Shown here piece by piece: positions 19,203-29,000 of a stretch of 55,095 nucleotides of DNA. The stretch is from a virus (Duplodnaviria; Caudoviricetes), in the IMG/VR virus record IMGVR_UViG_3300009149_008416, positions 1-55,095 of that record; one strand, written 5' to 3'. Each line of letters opens with the position of its first letter. Positions within the stretch are counted from its first letter, which is position 1. The position numbers and the translations under genes were made by a program. The notes beneath the pieces were generated by a model. The model did not search any database and was not told where the DNA came from. It saw nothing but the letters and a program-made list of their open reading frames with translations.

Positions 19203-21025
19203 AATGGATGAAAAGCAAAATAACACAAGAATCGTTGGAAAAAATAGCAGAAAAATATGATGTAAAAATTGTTAAAACTGCTCAATTTGGTAATGTAGAA
19301 GCAATAGAAAATTGTGATCCACCAGTATTATATGAAACAAATACAAAAGAAGCTTCTGAAAATCATATTCCTATTGAAGGCGGAAGATTTATTGATTTAG
19401 CCGGATTGCAATCTACAAGCGCAAGTTTCTCAAATTTATTGAATCCAATTTGTAAATATGCTTTTGCAAGAATATTAGATGATTTAGGAACGCCTCTTTT
19501 CTTTACTTCAAACAATTTTTCTAAATATCCAGGAACATGTGAAATATCTGTTGACGTTGATAAAACAGAGACTGTAGTTAATGACGCGTGTGTGGTATTT
19601 CCGGATAAAATTTTAACAATTGCAGAAAGTTATGGTACTGTTTCAATTAATTGTTACGCAAAAAGTAAAAAAGATACAAAATCATTTATTAGTGGACTGA
19701 ATAAAAAAATGAGCAAAGAAAATCAATATAGAGGAAAATGCTTATTCTTTTCTGAGGACAATATAATTTTTAGAGATACTCCAACAGTCGCATGGGATGA
19801 CGTTGTAATGGAAGCTAAAAATAAAAATGAAATTAAAATAAACACAGTTGATTTTCTTACTAACAAAAAATTTGCAGAACTTGGGATTAACAGAAGAGGA
19901 CTTATTTTGTACGGTCCTCCAGGAACTGGAAAAACAATGATGGTTAAATCCCTTTTCAATCAAATGAATGATGGATCGGTAACTAGAATTTATGCTACAG
20001 CAGACACATTTACTTATCCCGCTGTTGTAACACAGCTTTTTGATTTCTTAAAATTTGCTGGTAAAACGGTACTTGCTTTTGAAGACATGGATTTAATTAG
20101 TCCAGAAAGAAGTGATGGAAGTGGCAGAAAAGTTCTTGGAGCACTTTTAAATAATCTTGATGGTATTAGAAAAATGGAAGAACCGCTCGTTGTCATTGGG
20201 ACAACTAATGATATTACTATGATCGATAAAGCACTAGCCAATAGGCCATGTCGTTTTGATAGAAAAATTGAAGTACCATTGCCTGGAGAAGAGCAGGTCA
20301 AGACCTTCTTTTCTATGCTTATGGGTTCTAGTGTCACTGACGAGATTATATCTTTATCTAAGGGATTTTCAGGCGCACACATAAAAGAAGCAGTAAATAC
20401 AGCAAAATTACTTGCTGCTCAAACAGATTTGGATACATCAAGTTGTTTAAAAGACGCCTGTACAATTATTCGTGAGAACTTTTTTCCAATGACAAAAGAA
20501 GCAACAAAAACATTATATAAAAATAAAGAAGGAAATATGAAAAAAGAAGCGCAAGTAGCATTAATAACTCCTTTTATTACTAATCCAATGGGAGATTATA
20601 ATTTTATTCCTCTTATGCAATTTTTTAAAAAATCACCCGAATTTTCTAATAAAGAAGCTACATCCATGTGGAAAATATGGAAAAATCATGAAGGACAAAT
20701 AGATAATAATAAAATTACCATTAACGAATCTAAATATTCAGATGCCATATCAACTCTCACAAAGAAAGAATTAATGCAAGGTGATGGTAATGGGAAGTAT
20801 GCTCTTACTGATAAAGGAAAGAAACTTTTAAGAAGCATAATTCTTACAACTGAAGTAAATTCTTTTGAAAAAAACGCATCGGAACCAGAAGAAATTAACA
20901 TGGAAACTATAGATAAAAAAATCCATGGTGGAACTAGTAAAAAAGTAAAAAAAGCCTCTATAAAGAATAAAAAAATAGAGAAAGATTGGTATTTTAATGC
21001 CGTCAGAGACATTCAAAAAGATTAA
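19199..21025 (+). CDS. AAA+ ATPase with C-terminal winged-helix-like extension
   Basis: LYGPPGTGKT, AFEDMD, LLNNLDG, GTTN, RPCRFDRKI, GFSGAHIKE; tail KYALTDKGKKLL. Confidence 0.88.
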   Translation: MKWMKSKITQESLEKIAEKYDVKIVKTAQFGNVEAIENCDPPVLYETNTKEASENHIPIEGGRFIDLAGLQSTSASFSNLLNPICKYAFARILDDLGTPLFFTSNNFSKYPGTCEISVDVDKTETVVNDACVVFPDKILTIAESYGTVSINCYAKSKKDTKSFISGLNKKMSKENQYRGKCLFFSEDNIIFRDTPTVAWDDVVMEAKNKNEIKINTVDFLTNKKFAELGINRRGLILYGPPGTGKTMMVKSLFNQMNDGSVTRIYATADTFTYPAVVTQLFDFLKFAGKTVLAFEDMDLISPERSDGSGRKVLGALLNNLDGIRKMEEPLVVIGTTNDITMIDKALANRPCRFDRKIEVPLPGEEQVKTFFSMLMGSSVTDEIISLSKGFSGAHIKEAVNTAKLLAAQTDLDTSSCLKDACTIIRENFFPMTKEATKTLYKNKEGNMKKEAQVALITPFITNPMGDYNFIPLMQFFKKSPEFSNKEATSMWKIWKNHEGQIDNNKITINESKYSDAISTLTKKELMQGDGNGKYALTDKGKKLLRSIILTTEVNSFEKNASEPEEINMETIDKKIHGGTSKKVKKASIKNKKIEKDWYFNAVRDIQKD

Positions 21026-21359
21026 AGTAGAGTTAGCAAAAACTACTGCTGAAAAAGAGGCCGGGTTAATGTTTAGAAAAAGCATTAATCCAGACTCAGG
21101 TATGCTTTTTATTTTTGATAGTAAAAAGCCTCTTAGTTTTTGGGGCATGAATACATATATACCTCTTGACATAGCCTTCATAGAAGACGATAAAATTATT
21201 GATATAAAAAAAATAGTTCCTTTATCAACTAAACAGGTAAAATGTGAAATCCCATGTAATCGCGTAATTGAAGTTTCTTCTAACTTTTTTGAAAATAATG
21301 GAATTAAAACTGGGAGTTCTATAAGAGTGAATGGAGACGAAGTGACATTTTTGTTATAA
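20997..21359 (+). CDS. DUF192 (UPF0127) family protein
   Basis: VELAKT...GLMFR...GMLFIF...FWGMNTYIPLDIAFI...VIEV. Confidence 0.88.
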   Translation: MPSETFKKIKVELAKTTAEKEAGLMFRKSINPDSGMLFIFDSKKPLSFWGMNTYIPLDIAFIEDDKIIDIKKIVPLSTKQVKCEIPCNRVIEVSSNFFENNGIKTGSSIRVNGDEVTFLL

Positions 21360-21374
21360 ACAAAAAAAGGAAAA

Positions 21375-21875
21375 ATGGTGTCTCTAATGAAGGTTATATA
21401 TGTAGAACAATTAAATAAAATAACTAAAGCCAATATTTTTGATGGCGTTATTGAAAAGGGAGATGGAATTTATAAAAAAGTAATGGATGCATTCCCTGGA
21501 GATACTGAACATGCTAAAACAATGGTTTCAGAACTTCAAGAAGAGGAAATGGAAAAACAGTTGGCTCAAGAGGCCCTTCAAAATAGACCTCCTGATCCTC
21601 AATCGATTCAGTTAAATACTGACGAACTTACGGAAAGTCAGCTAAGAATATCAGATGCCATTTCGATGCATAAAGATGTTAAGATAGGATATTTTACATA
21701 TGCCTCTAGTATATATATAGAAAGAGAAATAAAACCAGAATATATATATTATGCGGAAACAACTAGAAATAATGTTTTAGTTAGTTGGTGTTATGATTGG
21801 AATGATTATAGAGCATTTATATTAGACAATATAGTATTCGTAGAAGATATAAATAATAAGCCAGAAATAGGATAA
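21375..21875 (+). CDS. Protein with C-terminal WYL-like domain
   Basis: VKIGY...REIKPEYIYY...LVSWCYDWNDYRAFILDNI. Start codon uncertain. Confidence 0.65.
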   Translation: MVSLMKVIYVEQLNKITKANIFDGVIEKGDGIYKKVMDAFPGDTEHAKTMVSELQEEEMEKQLAQEALQNRPPDPQSIQLNTDELTESQLRISDAISMHKDVKIGYFTYASSIYIEREIKPEYIYYAETTRNNVLVSWCYDWNDYRAFILDNIVFVEDINNKPEIG

Positions 21876-21882
21876 AGCTATT

Positions 21883-22278
21883 ATGAAAAATAAAGAAAAC
21901 CTTCAGAAGATAGCGCACCAGGTTGGAACGCAAGGCTATGCGCTTATGAATGATCGAGCTTTCTGCAATTGTCAGAAGAAAAAGACTGAAGCGATGGACA
22001 GCGCATGGGAAGCATGGAATAGTTGTTGGGAAGAATATAAAGATGCTTATAATGGAGATCCAGATAAGTGGCTTGAAACATATATCCCTTTGTCATCAAA
22101 GAAAAAAGTTCAAGCTTCGTTTTCTCCTAAAATAAAGAAAATTGTTAAAGATAATCTAATTAATGATGTGGAAGCTTTAAAAGGAGAATCACCATTTACA
22201 GGAGCATCCATACGAAACGTTTTAAGATCTTATGCGCTTAAGGAATTGAAGGATAAAATAGAGAAAGTTTCCAATTAA
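21883..22278 (+). CDS. Hypothetical protein
   Basis: 131 aa; QKIAHQVGTQGY...CNC...CWEEY. Confidence 0.75.
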   Translation: MKNKENLQKIAHQVGTQGYALMNDRAFCNCQKKKTEAMDSAWEAWNSCWEEYKDAYNGDPDKWLETYIPLSSKKKVQASFSPKIKKIVKDNLINDVEALKGESPFTGASIRNVLRSYALKELKDKIEKVSN

Positions 22279-22333
22279 TAATAGGAATAGATTTAATCAA
22301 TTAGAGTAAGCTAACAAAAATAGGAGTGCAAAT

Positions 22334-22768
22334 ATGAAATTCATTACAAGTAGAATTATATCACCTAGTAAGGTTAAGAGCCTAATGGAGATTATTGCAG
22401 AAAAAGAAGCAGAAAAACAAGCGGTGGTTAAACAAGCTTCTGTAAAAACAGAAAAGACTGTAAAAAAAGCATCTATTAAAGCTGTTGAAAAAGAAGAAGC
22501 TAAAGTTGTTAAGAAAGCTGCTATAAAAACAGAAAAGACTGTGAAAGCTTCAGTAGAACCAAAAAAAGAGACAGTAAAAGATTCTAAAGAATACAATCTT
22601 AAGAATGTTAAAGTTGCAAAAAATCAATATACTGAGAAATTGGGCACGGTTTGGAAAAAACTCAAATCTAAAGCCGCTCTTTCTTCACAGGACAGAGGTT
22701 TTCTCTTTGAATATTTCAAAAAGTACTATCCTGCTGATTACGTAGAAGCCCTAATTGCTCAATACTAA
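22334..22768 (+). CDS. Lys/Ala-rich protein with tandem K-x-A-S repeats
   Basis: AGGAG RBS; VVKQASVKTEKTVKKAS / VVKKAAIKTEKTVKAS; C-terminal YFKKYYPADYVEAL. Confidence 0.8.
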   Translation: MKFITSRIISPSKVKSLMEIIAEKEAEKQAVVKQASVKTEKTVKKASIKAVEKEEAKVVKKAAIKTEKTVKASVEPKKETVKDSKEYNLKNVKVAKNQYTEKLGTVWKKLKSKAALSSQDRGFLFEYFKKYYPADYVEALIAQY

Positions 22769-22783
22769 TCTGGGAGGTGTAGA

Positions 22784-23119
22784 ATGAAAATAGTACCCTT
22801 TGGAAAACAAAAGGGCCAGGAAGACGAATTTTTCGTTTATGCTGACCTTTTAGAAGATACTGGGATTTCTACAGATAAAGATAGTGCTTTTGATCTTCCG
22901 GCGGGATCTCAATCTCCTGGTAAAACAAAAATTGACGAAGTACAATCTGCTATAGAAAATGTAGTAGGAGAACCAAGTCTTGATAATTTAATGATTATCT
23001 TGGCGGCTATTGGTATGTCAAAAATTGGCATGAATTTATCTGAAGATGGCTCAAGCCTTTCAGTCAGTGGAATTATAAGTTTTACTGCGCCTGAAGAGAA
23101 AATTAGTAAAAAGGAATAA
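22784..23119 (+). CDS. Hypothetical protein
   Basis: GGGAGGT RBS. Confidence 0.8.
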   Translation: MKIVPFGKQKGQEDEFFVYADLLEDTGISTDKDSAFDLPAGSQSPGKTKIDEVQSAIENVVGEPSLDNLMIILAAIGMSKIGMNLSEDGSSLSVSGIISFTAPEEKISKKE

Positions 23120-23123
23120 TGTT

Positions 23124-24041
23124 ATGAAAATAATTAAAACTGAAGAAAAACAAGATTCTCAATGGGCAACAGGCTTAGTTGAGGCCAGCATTCCAAAATA
23201 TGCATCTCTTTCTGTGTCAAATGGAAAAATAATGTGTCCATTAAAAAATATGTTAGTATCAACTGTTAATTGTGAAATTTGTCAATTCTGTACTGGCATA
23301 GATTTTATTACAGCAACTAATGCTGAAGTTATTAAATGCGCTCACAAAAATAGCCATAATATTAAACAATCTAAAGTTGATGAAGTTGATAGATTGTTTG
23401 TTTCAGACAGTAAAGAAAGAGAGAAACAACGTACTGACGGAGTAACCGCTGAAGATCTTAAGAGCATCTTTGCACGTTCCACTTCCAAATTTGATGAGAT
23501 TGATGAAGAAGATCTTATGAATGGGAGTAAAATTGTTTCTGCGAAAAATATTACAGAAAACGAAAATGATGGAACATCTAGTTTCATTCCAAAAGTTAGC
23601 AACTCTATTTTTAATTCTGAAATAATTAAGAACATGATAGAAGAGCAGAAACAAGAAGATGATACAAGAGATAAAAAAATTGCAGAAGCTAAAGTTGAAA
23701 AGGCAAAAGCTAAAAGAGAATGGGAAGATGAAACTCATAAAAGTCTTTCAGAAATTGGCTATGAACCAAAAGGACCAATTATGTCTATTTCTCATGAAAC
23801 TGAAGCAAGTAATCCGGACATCTCAGAATATAAATTTAGTATATTTGATAATAATTTAGAAGATAAAGTAAAAAATATACCTGAATTAACGGATGGTGAA
23901 AAACTTAAAAGTCAAGCAGATCAAAGAAGAGAAAATATTAGTAGAACAAAAATAAAAGATGATTGGGAATCTAATCATTCAAAAAACACAACTACATCAG
24001 AAATAGTTAAAGGCTTTTTTGATAAAATGCTTGGAGAATAA
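23124..24041 (+). CDS. Hypothetical protein (N-terminal Cys cluster)
   Basis: AAGGA RBS; CPL...CEICQFC...C. Confidence 0.8.
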   Translation: MKIIKTEEKQDSQWATGLVEASIPKYASLSVSNGKIMCPLKNMLVSTVNCEICQFCTGIDFITATNAEVIKCAHKNSHNIKQSKVDEVDRLFVSDSKEREKQRTDGVTAEDLKSIFARSTSKFDEIDEEDLMNGSKIVSAKNITENENDGTSSFIPKVSNSIFNSEIIKNMIEEQKQEDDTRDKKIAEAKVEKAKAKREWEDETHKSLSEIGYEPKGPIMSISHETEASNPDISEYKFSIFDNNLEDKVKNIPELTDGEKLKSQADQRRENISRTKIKDDWESNHSKNTTTSEIVKGFFDKMLGE

Positions 24042-24045
24042 ATAG

Positions 24046-25479
24046 ATGCCATACAATAGTAAATCTTCTTCAATAATTGAGTCGCAAAAAAACGATATGA
24101 TTCGCTATGCCTGTAATTTAGTTGCAGATAAAGAAAAACAAATCAAAATAGCATCTATTGTTGGAATAAAATCAACAATTCATTCTCTTCGTGACGAATT
24201 AGATTCATTAAGAAATAAATATTCTCAATTTCTTCCTCAAGATCCTATAGATATGGGAATAGGTGAAGGATTGACAGAAGAACAACCAATGCAACCAATA
24301 GAAGACAGTTTTGGTCAAGAAAAAGACGGTGATCCAGTACCAACAAATGAATCTGAATTAAATAATATTTTATTTCAATCAATAGCAGATTCTTTTACAA
24401 CAGTGTTAAATGAAAACGACGAGCCTGTTTTTGATGTTCGTCTTTCCGATCCTAACACTATTATTATAGAATATAGTACAGAAAAAGGAGGAGTTGAAAA
24501 AGCTCCTTTTATTTTTCAAAACTTAGATCAATTTATGAAACCAATTCTTTTGGATATAGTTGATAAAGTTGGTTTTGGAGAAGAAAATCCTGAAGCAAAG
24601 AAGCAAGCACTGATTGATGAAATTAAAGAACCGATAGAAATGTACAGAGACAGTCTTGAAAGTAGAAATTATAAATCAGGAACAAAAGAAGGAAAAAACG
24701 TATTAATATATAAAAGAAGTGAACAGAGTTTAGTTATGGCAAGTAAAATTTATGATATATTAAAAAAACATGGTTTGGCTGGACCTATTGCAGATATGGA
24801 TTATGAGGAAATAGCCCAATCAGATAATATGGATAATACAAATACAATGGGAGAACCAGTTATGGAAGCAAAAAGTAAATCTTTTAATTTGAGAAAACAT
24901 GCGGACAAGCTGTTTGATACCGTTCGAGAAAGAGTAATTCAAGAGACAGATCCGCAATATAAATCGAGACATGGAAAACATGCTCTTCCATGGTATGAAG
25001 ATGCTTATATTCCAGAGGTTGATTATAAAGAAAATATAATGGATAAATACTATCCTGAACAACTTAATGCTGATGGAGAATACAGGGGCGGATATATTAA
25101 TGACAGATTTATTGTCCATCATAATACTGAAGGAAATTCACTTCATGTTAAACCAGGAACGCGTGGCGCGCCAGATAGAGTTGAAAGTTATTCAACTGAA
25201 AGGCGTCTTGAAGAAATGAGAAATAATAATCTTAGAGAATATGAATTGTCTGAAGGATCTAAAACAGAACAGCAAACAAATGAAGTCACTGCTTCTAAAA
25301 ATGAAGAAATTGTTATTTCAGAAGATTGTGGACTTTATAAAATTGTCTGTGGTTCTAAAGTTGCTTATTTAGATACTGAAGAACAGATAGAAGCTTTCAA
25401 AGAAATAAAATTATTGTTAGATCAAGAACATAATATTATTTCAGATACTAAAGAAGAGCTAAACCAAAAAAAAAAATAG
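24046..25479 (+). CDS. Hypothetical head-region protein ending in an A11 run
   Basis: GGAG RBS; internal KSFNLRKHA; ends CAA AAA AAA AAA TAG. Confidence 0.8.
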   Translation: MPYNSKSSSIIESQKNDMIRYACNLVADKEKQIKIASIVGIKSTIHSLRDELDSLRNKYSQFLPQDPIDMGIGEGLTEEQPMQPIEDSFGQEKDGDPVPTNESELNNILFQSIADSFTTVLNENDEPVFDVRLSDPNTIIIEYSTEKGGVEKAPFIFQNLDQFMKPILLDIVDKVGFGEENPEAKKQALIDEIKEPIEMYRDSLESRNYKSGTKEGKNVLIYKRSEQSLVMASKIYDILKKHGLAGPIADMDYEEIAQSDNMDNTNTMGEPVMEAKSKSFNLRKHADKLFDTVRERVIQETDPQYKSRHGKHALPWYEDAYIPEVDYKENIMDKYYPEQLNADGEYRGGYINDRFIVHHNTEGNSLHVKPGTRGAPDRVESYSTERRLEEMRNNNLREYELSEGSKTEQQTNEVTASKNEEIVISEDCGLYKIVCGSKVAYLDTEEQIEAFKEIKLLLDQEHNIISDTKEELNQKKK

Positions 25480-25496
25480 CTCAAACAAATGATTTT

Positions 25497-25832
25497 ATGA
25501 CAGAAATGCCTGAAAATGAAGAGGCTGGAATCTCCACAATAAATAATACTGAAGCAAATGAAAATGTATCTACCGACTTGTCCCCAGAAAATCCTTTGCT
25601 TTCTATTGTTAATGAATTAAGAAAACAATATCCTGAAACTCCTGTTGAAAATCTTATACAACAAGGTTTAATACGATTAACTTCGTCTGGAATTATTACT
25701 TCCGAAGCAGAGCGTTTTAGAATTGAAACTCTTAGGGCACTTGGTATTCCTGCTAAAGAAAGAGATTATGGTCAAATGGAAGTTGATCATTCAACTAAAC
25801 AAGAAGAACTTGCAGAAATAATGGGAGAGTGA
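25497..25832 (+). CDS. Acidic protein, possibly the -1 frameshift extension of the previous gene
   Basis: No clear RBS; the frame is open back through the A11 run as ...KIAQTNDFMTE. Confidence 0.65.
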   Translation: MTEMPENEEAGISTINNTEANENVSTDLSPENPLLSIVNELRKQYPETPVENLIQQGLIRLTSSGIITSEAERFRIETLRALGIPAKERDYGQMEVDHSTKQEELAEIMGE

Positions 25833-25834
25833 AT

Positions 25835-26002
25835 ATGAAAGAAAAAATTCAAATAACTTTTTATCAATGTACTGGATGTGGATCTAAATTCAAAAAACAA
25901 TGCACTTCTATTGTAACATGTCCTATTGAGGAAAAATGCAAAAAATGTGGTTCAGACATGAATAAAATTGGCAATCCATATAATAAATCGAAATCAATTT
26001 AA
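25835..26002 (+). CDS. 55-aa zinc-ribbon protein (not in ORF track)
   Basis: GGGAG RBS; MKEKIQITFYQCTGCGSKF...CKKCGSDMNKIGNPY. Confidence 0.7.
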   Translation: MKEKIQITFYQCTGCGSKFKKQCTSIVTCPIEEKCKKCGSDMNKIGNPYNKSKSI

Positions 26003-26031
26003 TAAATGAATATGAAAAGGATAAAAATAAG

Positions 26032-29000
26032 ATGGACAAACCTATAAAATTTATTCAGTCAAATAAAACAATAGGACGTAATAGACAGGGGCGTAGCGGA
26101 ATTAGTAAAGGTGTCGAAAGACAAGATATAAAAACACAAAAATTCGCTTCTTCTAATACTGTTTATACTCAACCTCACTTCTATTCTCCATTACATACAC
26201 CACAAAACTGGCAGATTCCTAGTCGAAGAGAAGAAATATATCAGTGGCAAATCATTGATGGCCAACTACTTACAGAACAAGGAACATATGTAAATATAGA
26301 AGATTTTGAATTTATACCAGAAGAAATTATAGAAGATGCTGTTACTGGTGGGCTTTTATATAATAATATAGAATCTCAAAATGTTATTACTGGCAAAGGT
26401 AATTTAGAATTTCCAACAAAATTTAGCGTTCGTGAATGTATAGAAAAAGAATGTTATAAATTTAGTTCAACAGGACAGTGGAGAAATTTTTCTGTTTCTG
26501 AAGAACACGGTATTTATGTTATTGACGGGGATGATTATAGAAAAAGAAAAAAAATTAAATCTGATAAAGAATATTGTTTAAAATTGGGAAAGAAACTTGG
26601 TTGGGCGAAAATAGAGACTTCTTTTTTAGATTTAGTTATTAGAAAAGAAGCAAAAGACGTAAAGCTTAATGATTATCTTTTGATTCCAGTTCGTAAATTT
26701 GTCGAAAATGCAATCATACTTAATACTGATCTAGCTTGGAGTATTGGATTGCTCCAAGCTGACGGTCATTTATCCCATAGTGATAATGGAGGATATAATA
26801 CATGTTATACATTAAATAAAAACGAAGTTGTTTGTGAAAAAATAAAAACTATTTTGGAGAAATTTACAAAAAATAAAGTTCAATATTATCCTCACACAAA
26901 TAGTAAACAATCAAAAAGAATAATATTATCTGAAAAAGAACATTATAATAAAATTGCAAAATATACAATTGGAAAACACTCTGAAAAATGTTTTACTAAA
27001 GATATATTTGATTTAGACAAAGAATCTATGATGCATGTATTAGGAGGATATATTGATGGAGATGGTAGTTTTAATAAAGCTGAAGAAAAAATTATAATAA
27101 ATTGCTATTCTGAAAATATGTCTGATCAATTACAGCAGATGTTTTTAATGTGCGGTGTAAAATGTTCTCTAAAAAGATATCCTTTATATGGGGATCATTA
27201 TAAAACCAATTCAAAATGGTGTTATAAAATTTTTATTTCATCATCTGAGATTCCAAAAATTATACCCTATTTAAGATCTGACAAAATGCCAGAAGATTTT
27301 ATTCCTAAAACAACAAGAGAACTCAGATTTTTTTACGAAGAAGATGGAAATATCTTTGTGGCAAGTCCAATAGAAAAAATAGAAAAATTTTTATATTCTG
27401 GACCTGGTTATGATATAGAAATTCCAATTGATAGAAGTTATTGTTGTAGTGGATTTTATGTGAGCAATTGTCGCTTTTTCGTTGAAAATGAACCAAAGGT
27501 CGCTGCTGCTATTCAGTTTTATTGTTTTGACCCAGATGTTCCTATCTTGATGGCGGATGGTGAACAGAAGTCCATATCATCCATTAAAATAGGAAGTAAT
27601 ATTAGATCTCATGACGGCAGCATTAATAAAGTTATTAATAAATATGTAAGACATGCTGACGAAAAAATGATGAAGGTATCTGTTGCTGGAATAAATATTA
27701 GATCATTGAGAATGACGCCAGGTCACGAGGTTTTGACTGATGTAGATGGAAAAATTTGTTTTAAACAAATTGGAACATTGAAAAAAGGAGATTATTTATT
27801 AACTCCTATTAATTATGGAAATGAAGAATCAAATTTCATAAATAACGATTTAGCATGGCTTCTTGGTGCATATGCGGCCGAGGGATGTGGAATACCATAT
27901 GAACATATTAGTAAAATAGGAGTAAGTAGACAATATTATAAAGGAGTTTATTTTACAATACATTCTGACGAAAAGGAAACTTTTGGAAGTAAAATTATAG
28001 AAAAACTAAAAAAATTATATGGTGATTGTAACATAACAAGCTATGAATTAAAAGATAAAAATGCTTTCAAAATATGTGCTTATGGACAATCAATAGCTGA
28101 CGATTTAATTGGATTGTGCCCAGGTAATGCTAAAGATGGAGAAAAAAGATTTTCTCCTTTGGTTATGAATTTAAATCATAAAAATTTAACTGCTATTCTG
28201 GGCGGTTTTATGAGTGGTGATGGATGTTTTGCAGAAAATAATGGATTCCAAGGTGTAGGGGTTTCTAAAAAATTATGTGATCAAATTGCAAATATATGTG
28301 ATAAATTAGGATTAGAATATTCTTATTCAAAAACAAGAATATCTTTAAAAAATAGACAGGTTATTTATAATATAAGAATTTCAAGATGGGCATGTGAATG
28401 TTTACAGGAATACACTCATAAAATACCCAATAAATCTTGTTATGAAAAAAATGGAACAAATATTCCTTATTTTAAAAAAGGAAATTATATTTATAGAAGA
28501 ATTAAAAAAATAGAAGAATTTGATTATTCTGGAGATGTATATGATTTAGAAATAGAAAATAAACATTCTTACGTTGCAAATAGAATTGCGGTTCATAATT
28601 CGGAGTTCCCGATGCAAGGGTTCGAACTTCAATGTGGAGATCCAAAAATAAAAAGATATTATGAAGAACTAAATAAAAGACTTAGTTTAAATTATTGGCT
28701 TCCAATTATAAGTTCTGAATATTATTTGTTGGGCGATGCTTTTCCATTTCTTACTATTCAATGTAAAAAGTGCGGCGGTTCAGGAGTCTATGAAGATAAA
28801 GAATGTGATCATCAGGGCGGAACATTTTCTAAACTTACAGTTTTCAACCCTGACTGGATTGATGTTAAAGAAAATAGTCTTTTTAATGAACCATATATAC
28901 AGTTAAAACCAAACGAAGAATTAAGAAGAATTGTAACAGATAGACAGCCTGTTGAAATATATAATAGAATTCCAGAACATATTAGAATAATGGTTATGGC

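Noticed and set aside
20686-21433. Minus-strand ORFs of 108 and 201 aa
   Set aside because: Antisense to the well-supported AAA+ and DUF192 genes; no motifs or RBS.
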